A stretch of DNA of 64,000 nucleotides from NCBI GenBank assembly GCA_049523355.1, contig JBEKMY010000022.1:7440-71439 (forward strand), read 5' to 3'. The position numbers and the translations under genes are program-made. This document shows positions 8,772 through 17,294 of this stretch, in pieces. This DNA comes from Smithella sp. (GTDB taxonomy: Bacteria > Desulfobacterota > Syntrophia > Syntrophales > Smithellaceae). The notes under the pieces are model-generated. The model had not been told where the DNA came from, did not search any database, and worked only from the letters and a program-made list of their open reading frames with translations. Numbering within the stretch: the stretch's first letter is position 1; every line of letters begins with the position of its first letter.

Positions 8772-10020
8772 TCATGATGCTCATTTTAAGGAGACACACG
8801 CTACTGTTTTGATTCCCGGCTCTAAAAGCCTGAGTCAGCGGGCTTTAGTGGCTGCCGCGCTTGCGCGGAATAATTCTCTTCTGGACAATGTTCTTGTTTC
8901 CCAGGACACGCTTTATTTAATGGAAGGCTTGCGGAAGTTAGGCGTGAAAATTGTCTCAGCAAAAGAGGGTTTTCTTGTTTCCGGCACGGCGGGCAACATA
9001 ACAAACAACGGCGAAGAATTATTTTTGGGAAATAATGGCACCGCTTTACGGTTTTTGACGGCGCTTACGTGTTTGGGCAAAGGCAAATATGTTTTAACCG
9101 GCGAAAAGCGTCTCTGTGAAAGACCCGTGGGGGCTTTGGTGGAAGCGCTGCGAGAAATGGGAGTTGATATTTTTTGCCGGAATAATTGCCCGCCGGTGGA
9201 AATAAACGCCAACGGCCTGGCCGGAGGAAAGATAACTCTGCGGGATATCGAAAGTTCTCAATACGTGTCGGCGCTCCTTTTGTGCGCGCCTTATATGCCT
9301 GCAGGCATAGATTTAACTTTACAAGGCGGGATTGTTTCCATGCCTTACATTGATTTGACTATTAACGTGATGCGCGATTTCGGGGCCAAAATTACCCGGA
9401 CAGGGGAGTGTGGATATCATGTTAATGCCGGGGAAATTTATCAGGGGCGTAAATATCGGGTGGAAGGAGACGCTTCCAGCGCGTCCTATTTTTTTCTGGC
9501 CGCCGCGCTTTTAAGAAAAACAATCAGAGTCGCCGGAATTAACCGGCATTGCAAGCAGGGCGATGTCCGTTTGCTCAATGTTCTGGAAGAACTGGGCTGT
9601 ATAGTCAGGTCAGAAGAAAATTGGGTGGATATTACGGGACGTGATCTGGTAAAAGGAGATTTAACTTTCGACCTCAACGATATGCCGGATATGGTGCCAA
9701 CTTTAGCGGTGTTGTCGGCTTTCCGCAAAGGGCAAACCATTATAAACAATGTGGCTCATTTAAGAATAAAAGAGAGCAATCGTCTGGCTGCTGTAGTTAC
9801 GGAACTGAACCGCGTTGGCATTGAAGCCCGGGAGATGCCCGATGGCCTTATCATTCAGGGTGGGAAAATGCGTCCGGCAAAAATTGAGACTTATAACGAC
9901 CACCGGATGGCCATGAGCTTTGCCATTGCCGGTTTGCTTGAGCGAGGCATAGAAATAAGCGATAAAAAGTGTGTAGACAAATCATTCCCGACGTTTTGGG
10001 AGGAATTAAAGAAGCTATGA
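8764..10020 (+). CDS. aroA: 3-phosphoshikimate 1-carboxyvinyltransferase (EPSP synthase)
   Basis: IPGSKSLSQRAL, LGNNGTALRFL, MPDMVPTLAV, RIKESNR and DHRMAMSFA motifs. TTG start overlaps aroDE by 8 nt. Confidence 0.9.
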   Translation: MNNHDAHFKETHATVLIPGSKSLSQRALVAAALARNNSLLDNVLVSQDTLYLMEGLRKLGVKIVSAKEGFLVSGTAGNITNNGEELFLGNNGTALRFLTALTCLGKGKYVLTGEKRLCERPVGALVEALREMGVDIFCRNNCPPVEINANGLAGGKITLRDIESSQYVSALLLCAPYMPAGIDLTLQGGIVSMPYIDLTINVMRDFGAKITRTGECGYHVNAGEIYQGRKYRVEGDASSASYFFLAAALLRKTIRVAGINRHCKQGDVRLLNVLEELGCIVRSEENWVDITGRDLVKGDLTFDLNDMPDMVPTLAVLSAFRKGQTIINNVAHLRIKESNRLAAVVTELNRVGIEAREMPDGLIIQGGKMRPAKIETYNDHRMAMSFAIAGLLERGIEISDKKCVDKSFPTFWEELKKL

Positions 10021-10589
10021 AGGTTGTTTTGATCGGTTACAGAGCGACGGGAAAGTCCACTGTGGGCAGGATCCTCGCCGACAAGCTGAAAATTAATTTT
10101 TGGGATACCGATGCCATGGTGGAAAAAAACATGGAGATGCCGATCAAAGAAATTGTGGCGCTTCATGGGTGGGATTATTTCCGTGCAAAGGAAAAGGAAA
10201 TCATTAAATTTCTGATACAAAAAGAAGATTGTGTTATCGCCACCGGAGGCGGAGTGGTTTTATACAGAGAAAATGTGAATTTGTTAAAACAGAATGTGGA
10301 TTTGTTAAAGCAGTCGGGCGTAATCATATGGCTCAATGCTCCTTTGCTGGATATTATTGACAGGCTCAAGAAAGACGCGCAAAAGGAGGATACTCGCCCG
10401 CAGTTTACTTCCGGAAATATAATTCAGGAAACGATAGATATTATGAGAAAAAGGCTTCCTCTATATGAGAGCGCCGCGGATCATATCGTGGATACGTTAA
10501 AAAAGAATCCGGAACAGGTAGCGGAAGAAATTTATCAGTATTTGCGTAAATCGAAAATTTTGGATAAGATTATCAAAAGCGAAAATTAA
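10017..10589 (+). CDS. aroK: shikimate kinase
   Basis: MKVVLIGYRATGKSTVGR Walker A, ATGGG. ATGA overlap with the aroA stop. Contains an in-frame 21-bp tandem duplication. Confidence 0.88.
   Translation: MKVVLIGYRATGKSTVGRILADKLKINFWDTDAMVEKNMEMPIKEIVALHGWDYFRAKEKEIIKFLIQKEDCVIATGGGVVLYRENVNLLKQNVDLLKQSGVIIWLNAPLLDIIDRLKKDAQKEDTRPQFTSGNIIQETIDIMRKRLPLYESAADHIVDTLKKNPEQVAEEIYQYLRKSKILDKIIKSEN
10272..10313 (+). repeat. 21-bp x2 in-frame tandem duplication inside aroK (NVNLLKQ/NVDLLKQ)
   Basis: aatgtgaatttgttaaaacag / aatgtggatttgttaaagcag, 19 of 21 identical. Confidence 0.9.
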
Positions 10590-10746
10590 ACGGAGTATCC
10601 CTCCTTTATTAAAGGGGAATGAAGGGGGATTTTTCAGTCGCTTCCATGACATAAAATTCTCCCTGACACTTCTTTGCAAAGAGGGGGAAAAATTATCCGC
10701 CAAAACGGCGAAGAATTCCTTTAGGAATGATTTATAGGAGTGATTT

Positions 10747-11823
10747 ATGGCCGGCAATACCATTGGCAGTATTTTTCGCGTAACCACGTGGGGAGAGTCA
10801 CACGGTAGGGCTTTGGGAGCAGTTGTGGATGGTTGTCCTCCGGGGCTGGCCCTGAATGAATCGGATATTCAGAAGGCGCTGGATAGAAGAAAACCTTCAA
10901 CATCGGTTTCCTCGACGACAAGATTAGAGAGTGACAAAGCAGAGATTCTTTCCGGTGTTTTTGAAGGAAAAACCACGGGTACTCCTGTTTCGTTGATTAT
11001 TAACAATATTGACGCGAAATCTTCCTCTTACAATGAATTAAAGAATGTGTTCCGTCCCGGACAGGGAGATTTTACCTATCTGCAAAAATACGGTATCCGC
11101 GATTGGAACGGCGGGGGACGGGCCTCCGGCAGAGAAACAGCCGCCCGTGTCGCAGCGGGAGCTATTGCCGCCAAGGTGATTGCCCGCTTTGGCATGGATG
11201 TCATTGCCTACACGCAGGCAATCGGCTCAATCGCGATTGACCGTGACAAAATGCCGTCAGACAGGAGTTTGAGAAGATTTGTTTATGAAAATTCTCTTTT
11301 TTGCCCCGATCATCAAGCAGCGGCATTGATGGAAAAAAAGATAGCGGTAGTCCGTAAAAAGAAAGATTCCCTGGGCGGGGTTGTCGAAATTATTGTCCGC
11401 GGTTGTCCCGCAGGTCTTGGCGAACCGGTTTTCGACAAGATGGATGCCGATCTGGCCAAAGCTCTGATGAGCATTGGTTCGGTGAAGGCAGTGGAAGTAG
11501 GCGATGGTTTTACTCTGGCAGGCCTTCAGGGTTCAGTGGCCAATGATCAAATGAATAAAAAAGGTTTTAAAACAAATCATGCCGGGGGAATACTCGCGGG
11601 CATAACAAGCGGAGAACAAATTGTCCTGAGAGCTTATTGCAAACCCATTCCCTCAATAGCGAAACCGCAGCAAACCATAGATTCCAAAGGGAAAGAACGT
11701 ATAATTGAGATACAGGGAAGACACGACATTTGCGTGCTACCCCGGATAGTGCCTGTTTGCGAAGCAATGGTGAGCATTGTTCTGGCGGATCATTTACTTC
11801 GACAAAAGGCGATATGCGGATGA
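10747..11823 (+). CDS. aroC: chorismate synthase
   Basis: FRVTTWGESHG, GGGRASGRETA and RHDICVLPR motifs. Confidence 0.92.
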   Translation: MAGNTIGSIFRVTTWGESHGRALGAVVDGCPPGLALNESDIQKALDRRKPSTSVSSTTRLESDKAEILSGVFEGKTTGTPVSLIINNIDAKSSSYNELKNVFRPGQGDFTYLQKYGIRDWNGGGRASGRETAARVAAGAIAAKVIARFGMDVIAYTQAIGSIAIDRDKMPSDRSLRRFVYENSLFCPDHQAAALMEKKIAVVRKKKDSLGGVVEIIVRGCPAGLGEPVFDKMDADLAKALMSIGSVKAVEVGDGFTLAGLQGSVANDQMNKKGFKTNHAGGILAGITSGEQIVLRAYCKPIPSIAKPQQTIDSKGKERIIEIQGRHDICVLPRIVPVCEAMVSIVLADHLLRQKAICG

Positions 11824-12608
11824 AAAAAATTAAAGTAGGGGTAATCGGCGGCACGAAAGGTATGGGGCATTGGTTTGCCGGTTTGCTCAAAAATGAAGGT
11901 TGCCGGGTCCTTGTCAGCGGAAGAAAAACGGCGCTGGGAATAAACGAATTGGCTAAACTCTGCAATGTCATCGTTGTTGCCGTTCCTATTTCCGCGACCG
12001 CTGATGTAATCAGACAGGTCGGACCGTTACTTTCCCAGGATAAACTTTTGATGGATCTGACTTCGCTTAAAAAAGAACCGGTAAAACTGATGCTGGATAA
12101 TTCCAAGGCTGATGTTATCGGATGTCATCCTCTTTTTGGGCCTCAGTTAAAAGATGTTTCCGGGCAAAATGTTATATTATGCCCGGCACGGGGCAAAAAG
12201 TGGCTTGGCTGGCTTAAAGGAGTATTTAAAAAAAATAAACTGGTTGTTCTGGAATCAACACCCCGGAAGCACGATAAAATGATGGCAATTGTTCAAGCGC
12301 TTAATCATCTCAATACAATTACCATGGGAATGGCGCTTGCCCGGACAAACATCACCCTTTCGGAAATAAATAAATACTCCACGCCGATTTTCCGGACAAA
12401 ACTTGATATTATAAGAAAAGTGTTCACAGAAAGTCCCGAATTGTATGTTGACATTATTACGAAAAATCCGAAAACAGGCAAAATGCTGGATATCTACGAA
12501 AAAGCGCTCAAAGATATTCGCGGGAAAATCAAATCCGGAGAAAGGTTGAAAACCCGGAAAATTGTAGAGAAAGCGGCAACGAAATTATATGGAAGCAAAA
12601 ATCAATAA
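11820..12608 (+). CDS. tyrA: prephenate dehydrogenase
   Basis: KVGVIGGTKGMG Rossmann motif, GCHPLFGP. ATGA overlap with the aroC stop; the upstream part of ORF 11730.. is read-through inside aroC. Confidence 0.85.
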   Translation: MKKIKVGVIGGTKGMGHWFAGLLKNEGCRVLVSGRKTALGINELAKLCNVIVVAVPISATADVIRQVGPLLSQDKLLMDLTSLKKEPVKLMLDNSKADVIGCHPLFGPQLKDVSGQNVILCPARGKKWLGWLKGVFKKNKLVVLESTPRKHDKMMAIVQALNHLNTITMGMALARTNITLSEINKYSTPIFRTKLDIIRKVFTESPELYVDIITKNPKTGKMLDIYEKALKDIRGKIKSGERLKTRKIVEKAATKLYGSKNQ

Positions 12609-13356
12609 AGTCGCGGGAATGATCGCGGCGTCGAAACGTTTGGTTGTTTTTACCGGAGCCGGTATCAGCACGGAATCGGGCATACCGGATTTCAGGGGTC
12701 CTGACGGATTGTGGACCAAAGTTGATCCCGAAGATTTTACTATAGACAGATTTCTGCGTTCCGATGAGACACGCAAAAAAGTCTGGTATTATCTTGTTGA
12801 AGGCGGATTAATGGCCAATGCCGAGCCCAATAGGGCTCATCTGGCGATAGCCGAACTGGAAAAAATGAACAAATTAAGTTCGGTTATCACGCAGAACATT
12901 GATAACCTTCATCAGAGGGCAGGCAATAATCCGGAGTTAGTTCACGAATTGCACGGCAATATGCAATGGCTGGTTTGCCTCGATTGCGGCGAACGTTATG
13001 ATTTGGAACTGATGAGAACAAAACATCCATCACCTGATCATTTTCCAACATGTGAAAAATGCCGGGGTGTTCTGAAACCGGATGTTGTTTTTTTCGGCGA
13101 AATGCTTCCGCCGCATACTTTAATGATGGCAGAGCGGGAATCTCAGGAATGCGATTTGTTTATGGTGATCGGTTCTTCGCTAGTTGTTTATCCCGCGGCT
13201 TATATGCCGCTTTATGCCAAGCGCTCCGGCGCGAATATTGTCATTATTAATATGGGAGACACAGGTCATGATGATATCGCCGATGTGTTTATAGACGCTC
13301 CGGCAGGCGATACTATGGCCAGAATTATGAACAGATTAAAAGAAATTGTAAAATGA
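12589..13356 (+). CDS. cobB: NAD-dependent protein deacylase (sirtuin, Sir2 family)
   Basis: GAGISTESGIPDFRG, QNIDNLH, HG, and the zinc ribbon CLDCG...CEKCRG. Overlaps the tyrA end by 20 nt. Confidence 0.9.
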   Translation: MEAKINKVAGMIAASKRLVVFTGAGISTESGIPDFRGPDGLWTKVDPEDFTIDRFLRSDETRKKVWYYLVEGGLMANAEPNRAHLAIAELEKMNKLSSVITQNIDNLHQRAGNNPELVHELHGNMQWLVCLDCGERYDLELMRTKHPSPDHFPTCEKCRGVLKPDVVFFGEMLPPHTLMMAERESQECDLFMVIGSSLVVYPAAYMPLYAKRSGANIVIINMGDTGHDDIADVFIDAPAGDTMARIMNRLKEIVK

Positions 13357-13378
13357 CTTCCGGATTATATACAGACAA

Positions 13379-14152
13379 ATGTGCCTGATCGCCTTCGCAT
13401 ATAATGTGCATCCTTCTTACAGATTGATTCTTGCGGCGAACCGCGATGAATTCTACGAGAGGCCGTCGGCTCCCGCTGATTTCTGGGAAGATTATCCTCA
13501 GGTTCTTGCCGGACGCGATTTGAAAAACAAAGGCACATGGCTGGGCATAACCAAGTACGGAAAATTTGCTGCCCTCACCAATTATCGCAACCCTTCAACG
13601 TTTAGAAGCGACGCTCCGTCGCGAGGCAGGCTTGTCCGCCGCTACCTGACCGGCAATCAACAACCCGATAATTATCTGAAAAAAATTGCCTTGCAGGGTG
13701 ATAAGTATAACGGTTTTAATTTACTTTTAGGCGATAATAATGATCTTTTTATCTTCTCCAATCGGGGGGAGAAACAAAAACTCAAAGCCGGGATATACGG
13801 ATTGAGCAATAATCTCTTGAATTCACTCTGGCCGAAAGTAACAAGAAGCAGAAAAATGCTTAAAACAGCATTGGATAAAAAAGGATCTGATCTGGAAGAA
13901 GCATTGTTTTTCATGCTGTCTGATCGTCATATACCGCCGGATAAAAAACTGCCAAAGACGGGCATTGGCCTGGAATGGGAAAGGCTTTTGTCTCCTATCT
14001 TTATAGAGGGCCCGATTTACGGGACCCGCTCTTCGACAATTCTTTTGATCGGGAAAAATAAACGCGTCAAGTTTGTGGAAAAAGTTTTTGATGGACAAAA
14101 GCACCCATGGATTACCAGCCGCTTTTCCTTTAAACTGGAAAAAGGAGGATAA
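13379..14152 (+). CDS. NRDE family protein (DUF833 / TANGO2-like)
   Basis: MCLIAFAY...LILAANRDEFYERP is the family-defining N-terminus with catalytic-type Cys2 and the NRDE motif. Confidence 0.85.
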   Translation: MCLIAFAYNVHPSYRLILAANRDEFYERPSAPADFWEDYPQVLAGRDLKNKGTWLGITKYGKFAALTNYRNPSTFRSDAPSRGRLVRRYLTGNQQPDNYLKKIALQGDKYNGFNLLLGDNNDLFIFSNRGEKQKLKAGIYGLSNNLLNSLWPKVTRSRKMLKTALDKKGSDLEEALFFMLSDRHIPPDKKLPKTGIGLEWERLLSPIFIEGPIYGTRSSTILLIGKNKRVKFVEKVFDGQKHPWITSRFSFKLEKGG

Positions 14153-14153
14153 A

Positions 14154-14900
14154 ATGAAAGTCGTTTATCATGAAGATTATAACGAAGTTTATTCAAACGA
14201 TCCGGCTTCCGAGGCGGGCCGTATTCAGGCTGTGGAAATTGCTCTGCGCGGTAAAGTGACATTTTTAGAACCGGTCACAGCTTCACAAGAAGATATTCTC
14301 AAAGTACATACTCCTGATCATATAAAATCGGTTGAGCGGGAGGGAGTATACGAAATTGCGGCGCTTGCCGCAGGCGGCGCGATCAAAGCGGCGCAAATCG
14401 GTTTAACCGAACCTTGTTTTGCGCTAATCCGTCCCCCGGGTCATCATGCTTCGGCGGGCAGCGCCTGGGGATTTTGCTATTTTAACAATATGTCCATTGC
14501 TTTGGAGAAACTCAAAAGCGAAGGAAAAATTAAAAAAGCGTTTATTCTGGATTTTGATCTGCACTATGGAGATGGTAATGTTAATATTCTCGGTCACAAA
14601 GAATATGTAACGATCTTGAATCCCGCAGGGCAAAACCGCAACGAGTATTTAAAGATTGTGCAGGATGCTCTGGCACAAACGGACGCTGATATGATTGCCG
14701 TATCTGCCGGTTTTGACAATCACGAAGATGATTGGGGCGGCCTTTTAAAAACCGAAGACTACAAATACATGGGACGACTGGTAAGTGAAACTGCCCGTCG
14801 CAATCATGGCGGATGTTTTGGTATTTTAGAAGGCGGCTACAACCACAGTGTTTTGGGTAAAAATGTTCTGGCGTTTGTTCAAGGGATGGAAGAAAAATAA
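14154..14900 (+). CDS. Zn-dependent deacetylase of the histone deacetylase/AcuC/AphA family
   Basis: RPPGHHA, DFDLHYGDG and GFDNHEDD motifs. GGAGG RBS. The ATG lies 1 nt after the NRDE stop. Confidence 0.88.
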   Translation: MKVVYHEDYNEVYSNDPASEAGRIQAVEIALRGKVTFLEPVTASQEDILKVHTPDHIKSVEREGVYEIAALAAGGAIKAAQIGLTEPCFALIRPPGHHASAGSAWGFCYFNNMSIALEKLKSEGKIKKAFILDFDLHYGDGNVNILGHKEYVTILNPAGQNRNEYLKIVQDALAQTDADMIAVSAGFDNHEDDWGGLLKTEDYKYMGRLVSETARRNHGGCFGILEGGYNHSVLGKNVLAFVQGMEEK

Positions 14901-14936
14901 TATTCTTCTAAACTTTTTCGCTTCAAAAAGCGGGGA

Positions 14937-16316
14937 TCACTTACCGATACAAAAACTGGAAAATATCTTATCCAATACGTCATCATTGATTTTTTTGCCG
15001 GTTATTTCATCCAGATTGTCCAGAGCCTCCCGCAAGTCGAAAGCAGCGAATTCGGCTGAGATTCCAGACTCGATACTTTCTTTCGCGGTTTGAATGTTTT
15101 TATAGGATTTTTCTATTGCCAGTTTGTGCCGCATATTGGTAATCATCACACCGCCGGCATTAATATTCCCGCCGCTTCCTGATAAATCTATGATGGTGTT
15201 TTTCAGCTCTTCCAGTCCGGCCCCTGACTTGGCCGAGATTTTACGAAATTTCACTTCTTGCGGAAAAAGTTGTTCAAGAGTTTTTGTTTCCCAAACTTGC
15301 GGTAAATCAATTTTATTGATTGCTGCAATGATATTTCCGGTTCTACTTTTATCAATGATAGTTTTATCTTCATCTGTTAATGGTTTACTGACATCGAGCA
15401 TTACAATTACAACATCGGCTTGAGCAAGATTTTCCCATACCAGATGGATCCCTTCTTTTTCGATCAGGTTTTGCGGTTCTCTGATTCCGGCGGTATCCGT
15501 CAGATTAATAGGAATACCGCCTATATTGATTGTATCCGTTATTAAATCGCGCGTTGTTCCCGGAATATCAGTGACAATTGCTTTTTTTCTTCCCGTTAAA
15601 GCGTTAAGCAGGCTTGATTTTCCGACATTGGGCTTGCCCGTGATGATGACATTAACGCCTTCGGTATATGCTTTTGCCGCGCGGTATGTCGATAGAAGAG
15701 ATTGCAAATATTTAAGTGCCGGATCAATTTGCGGCGGCATTTTGGGAATTCTTTCACTGGATGTATCTTCAGTGAAATCAATCGCGGCCTCCAGCATGGC
15801 AATCGCGTCAATAAGACAAGAGCGCAGGTTCTCTATTTCTTTGCTCAGAGACCCTTTTAACTGGGCAAGACCTATAGTGTAAGCTTTTTGAGACTTGGCA
15901 GAAATCATTGCGGCGAGCGCTTCTGCCTGCGATAAATCAATACGGTTATTTAAGAAAGCGCGCTGGGAAAATTCGCCCGGACGGGCCAGGCGACACCCCA
16001 GTTCCTGCAGTTGTATCAGAATTGACCCGATGATGAGCGGATTACCATGACAGTTGATTTCTATAATGTCTTCTCCCGTGAAAGACCGTGGTTCGCGCAT
16101 GAAGGATATTAAAACCTCATCGAGGATGGTTTTGCCGTCAGCGGAGACAATATCTCCGTGATACAAATGATGGCTTTCCCATGAACAATTGTTAGAAGAT
16201 GGCTGAAAAATGCGGCGGGCAATTCCGAGAGCTTCGGGACCGCTTATACGAATTACCCCGATTCCTGACATGCCGAAAGGAGTAGCCAGCGCCGCTATGG
16301 TGTCTTGGCGAAGCAC
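14937..16316 (-). CDS. mnmE: tRNA modification GTPase MnmE
   Basis: DTIAALATP N-terminus, GKPNVGKSSLLNAL, DTAG, C-terminal FCIGK. Confidence 0.93.
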   Translation of the reverse strand: MLRQDTIAALATPFGMSGIGVIRISGPEALGIARRIFQPSSNNCSWESHHLYHGDIVSADGKTILDEVLISFMREPRSFTGEDIIEINCHGNPLIIGSILIQLQELGCRLARPGEFSQRAFLNNRIDLSQAEALAAMISAKSQKAYTIGLAQLKGSLSKEIENLRSCLIDAIAMLEAAIDFTEDTSSERIPKMPPQIDPALKYLQSLLSTYRAAKAYTEGVNVIITGKPNVGKSSLLNALTGRKKAIVTDIPGTTRDLITDTINIGGIPINLTDTAGIREPQNLIEKEGIHLVWENLAQADVVIVMLDVSKPLTDEDKTIIDKSRTGNIIAAINKIDLPQVWETKTLEQLFPQEVKFRKISAKSGAGLEELKNTIIDLSGSGGNINAGGVMITNMRHKLAIEKSYKNIQTAKESIESGISAEFAAFDLREALDNLDEITGKKINDDVLDKIFSSFCIGK

Positions 16317-16363
16317 AATAAGACCCCTCCTTTTTAAATTACAGTGTCAAATTGATTGAGAAA

Positions 16364-17275
16364 CTATTCTTGTTTTTTCGCCCGGATTCGCTTGTTGTTT
16401 CCTGTTCTCGCGGGAATAATGACAACTTTTCTGTATTTGCCTTCGCCGCGGCTTTGCGTTGTCAGCGATTCATCTTCCTGGAGCACCATATGAATAATGC
16501 GGCGGTCATGGGCGTTCATGTGGGCAAGTGATACCGGTTTTTTTGTCTTTTTTACTTTCTCTCTTATTTTTTCCGCTAAACCAAGCAGAAATTCTTCTCT
16601 TCGTTTTCTGTATTCTCCCAAATCAATCAGGATCATTTTATGATCATTATCAATTTTATTGATTGCTTTGTTCAATAGGTACTGAAGGGCATCAAGATTT
16701 TGTCCGCGTTTGCCGATAAGTAAGCCGCTGTCATCGCCCTCAATGCTAAGAATTATCTTTTCCTGTGTTTCATTAACAATCACCTTGTATTCCGGTGATA
16801 TTCTCAGCAAAATACCTTCCAGCAGATCCTTAGCTTTTGTCCCTATAATAGAAACGGGAATTGGATCGCTAACGGTAGCGGCAACGGGAAAGGGAACCAA
16901 AGATTTTTCCGCAGATTCTGCCACAAGCTCCATACGTTTTTTGGGCTGTTCAGCAGATTCTGTCACAGGCTCCATACGTTTTTTGGGCTTCTCCGCAGGA
17001 ACCTCTTTTTCGGGATTCTTTTTCGAATCCATTTTTATCTTTAATTCACTTTTAGGCTTTGGTTTATCCGTAAAGCTAAAATCCATATCCAGAGAAAGCA
17101 ATGATGCTCTTATTTTTGCTTTTTTGGAAAACAGACCTAAAAAACCTCCGGATTCTCCGGAGATAATTTCGATATTTAATTTTTCACGGGACACGCCAAA
17201 TTCGCTGCAGGCTTTCTCAATTGCTTCATCAATGGATTTTTCTTCTATCTCTAATGTTTTCGAACTCATTTCCAA
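16364..17275 (-). CDS. jag: Jag/KhpB-type RNA-binding protein (Jag_N, KH, R3H)
   Basis: Position between yidC and mnmE. KH (LLIGKRGQNLDALQYL) and R3H (MNAHDRRIIHMVLQ) motifs. Carries an internal tandem repeat. Confidence 0.88.
   Translation of the reverse strand: MEMSSKTLEIEEKSIDEAIEKACSEFGVSREKLNIEIISGESGGFLGLFSKKAKIRASLLSLDMDFSFTDKPKPKSELKIKMDSKKNPEKEVPAEKPKKRMEPVTESAEQPKKRMELVAESAEKSLVPFPVAATVSDPIPVSIIGTKAKDLLEGILLRISPEYKVIVNETQEKIILSIEGDDSGLLIGKRGQNLDALQYLLNKAINKIDNDHKMILIDLGEYRKRREEFLLGLAEKIREKVKKTKKPVSLAHMNAHDRRIIHMVLQEDESLTTQSRGEGKYRKVVIIPARTGNNKRIRAKKQE
16911..16994 (-). repeat. 42-bp x2 tandem repeat inside jag encoding PKKRME(P/L)V(T/A)ESAE(Q/K)
   Basis: Units 16911-16952 and 16953-16994 are nearly identical on direct reading. 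Confidence 0.85.
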
Positions 17276-17294
17276 TCCTTATACAACATATCAA

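Noticed and set aside
14901-14936. Small hairpin cgctt-caaa-aagcg between the convergent HDAC-family and mnmE genes
   Set aside because: Only a 5-6 bp stem with no U tract on either strand. Too weak to call a terminator.
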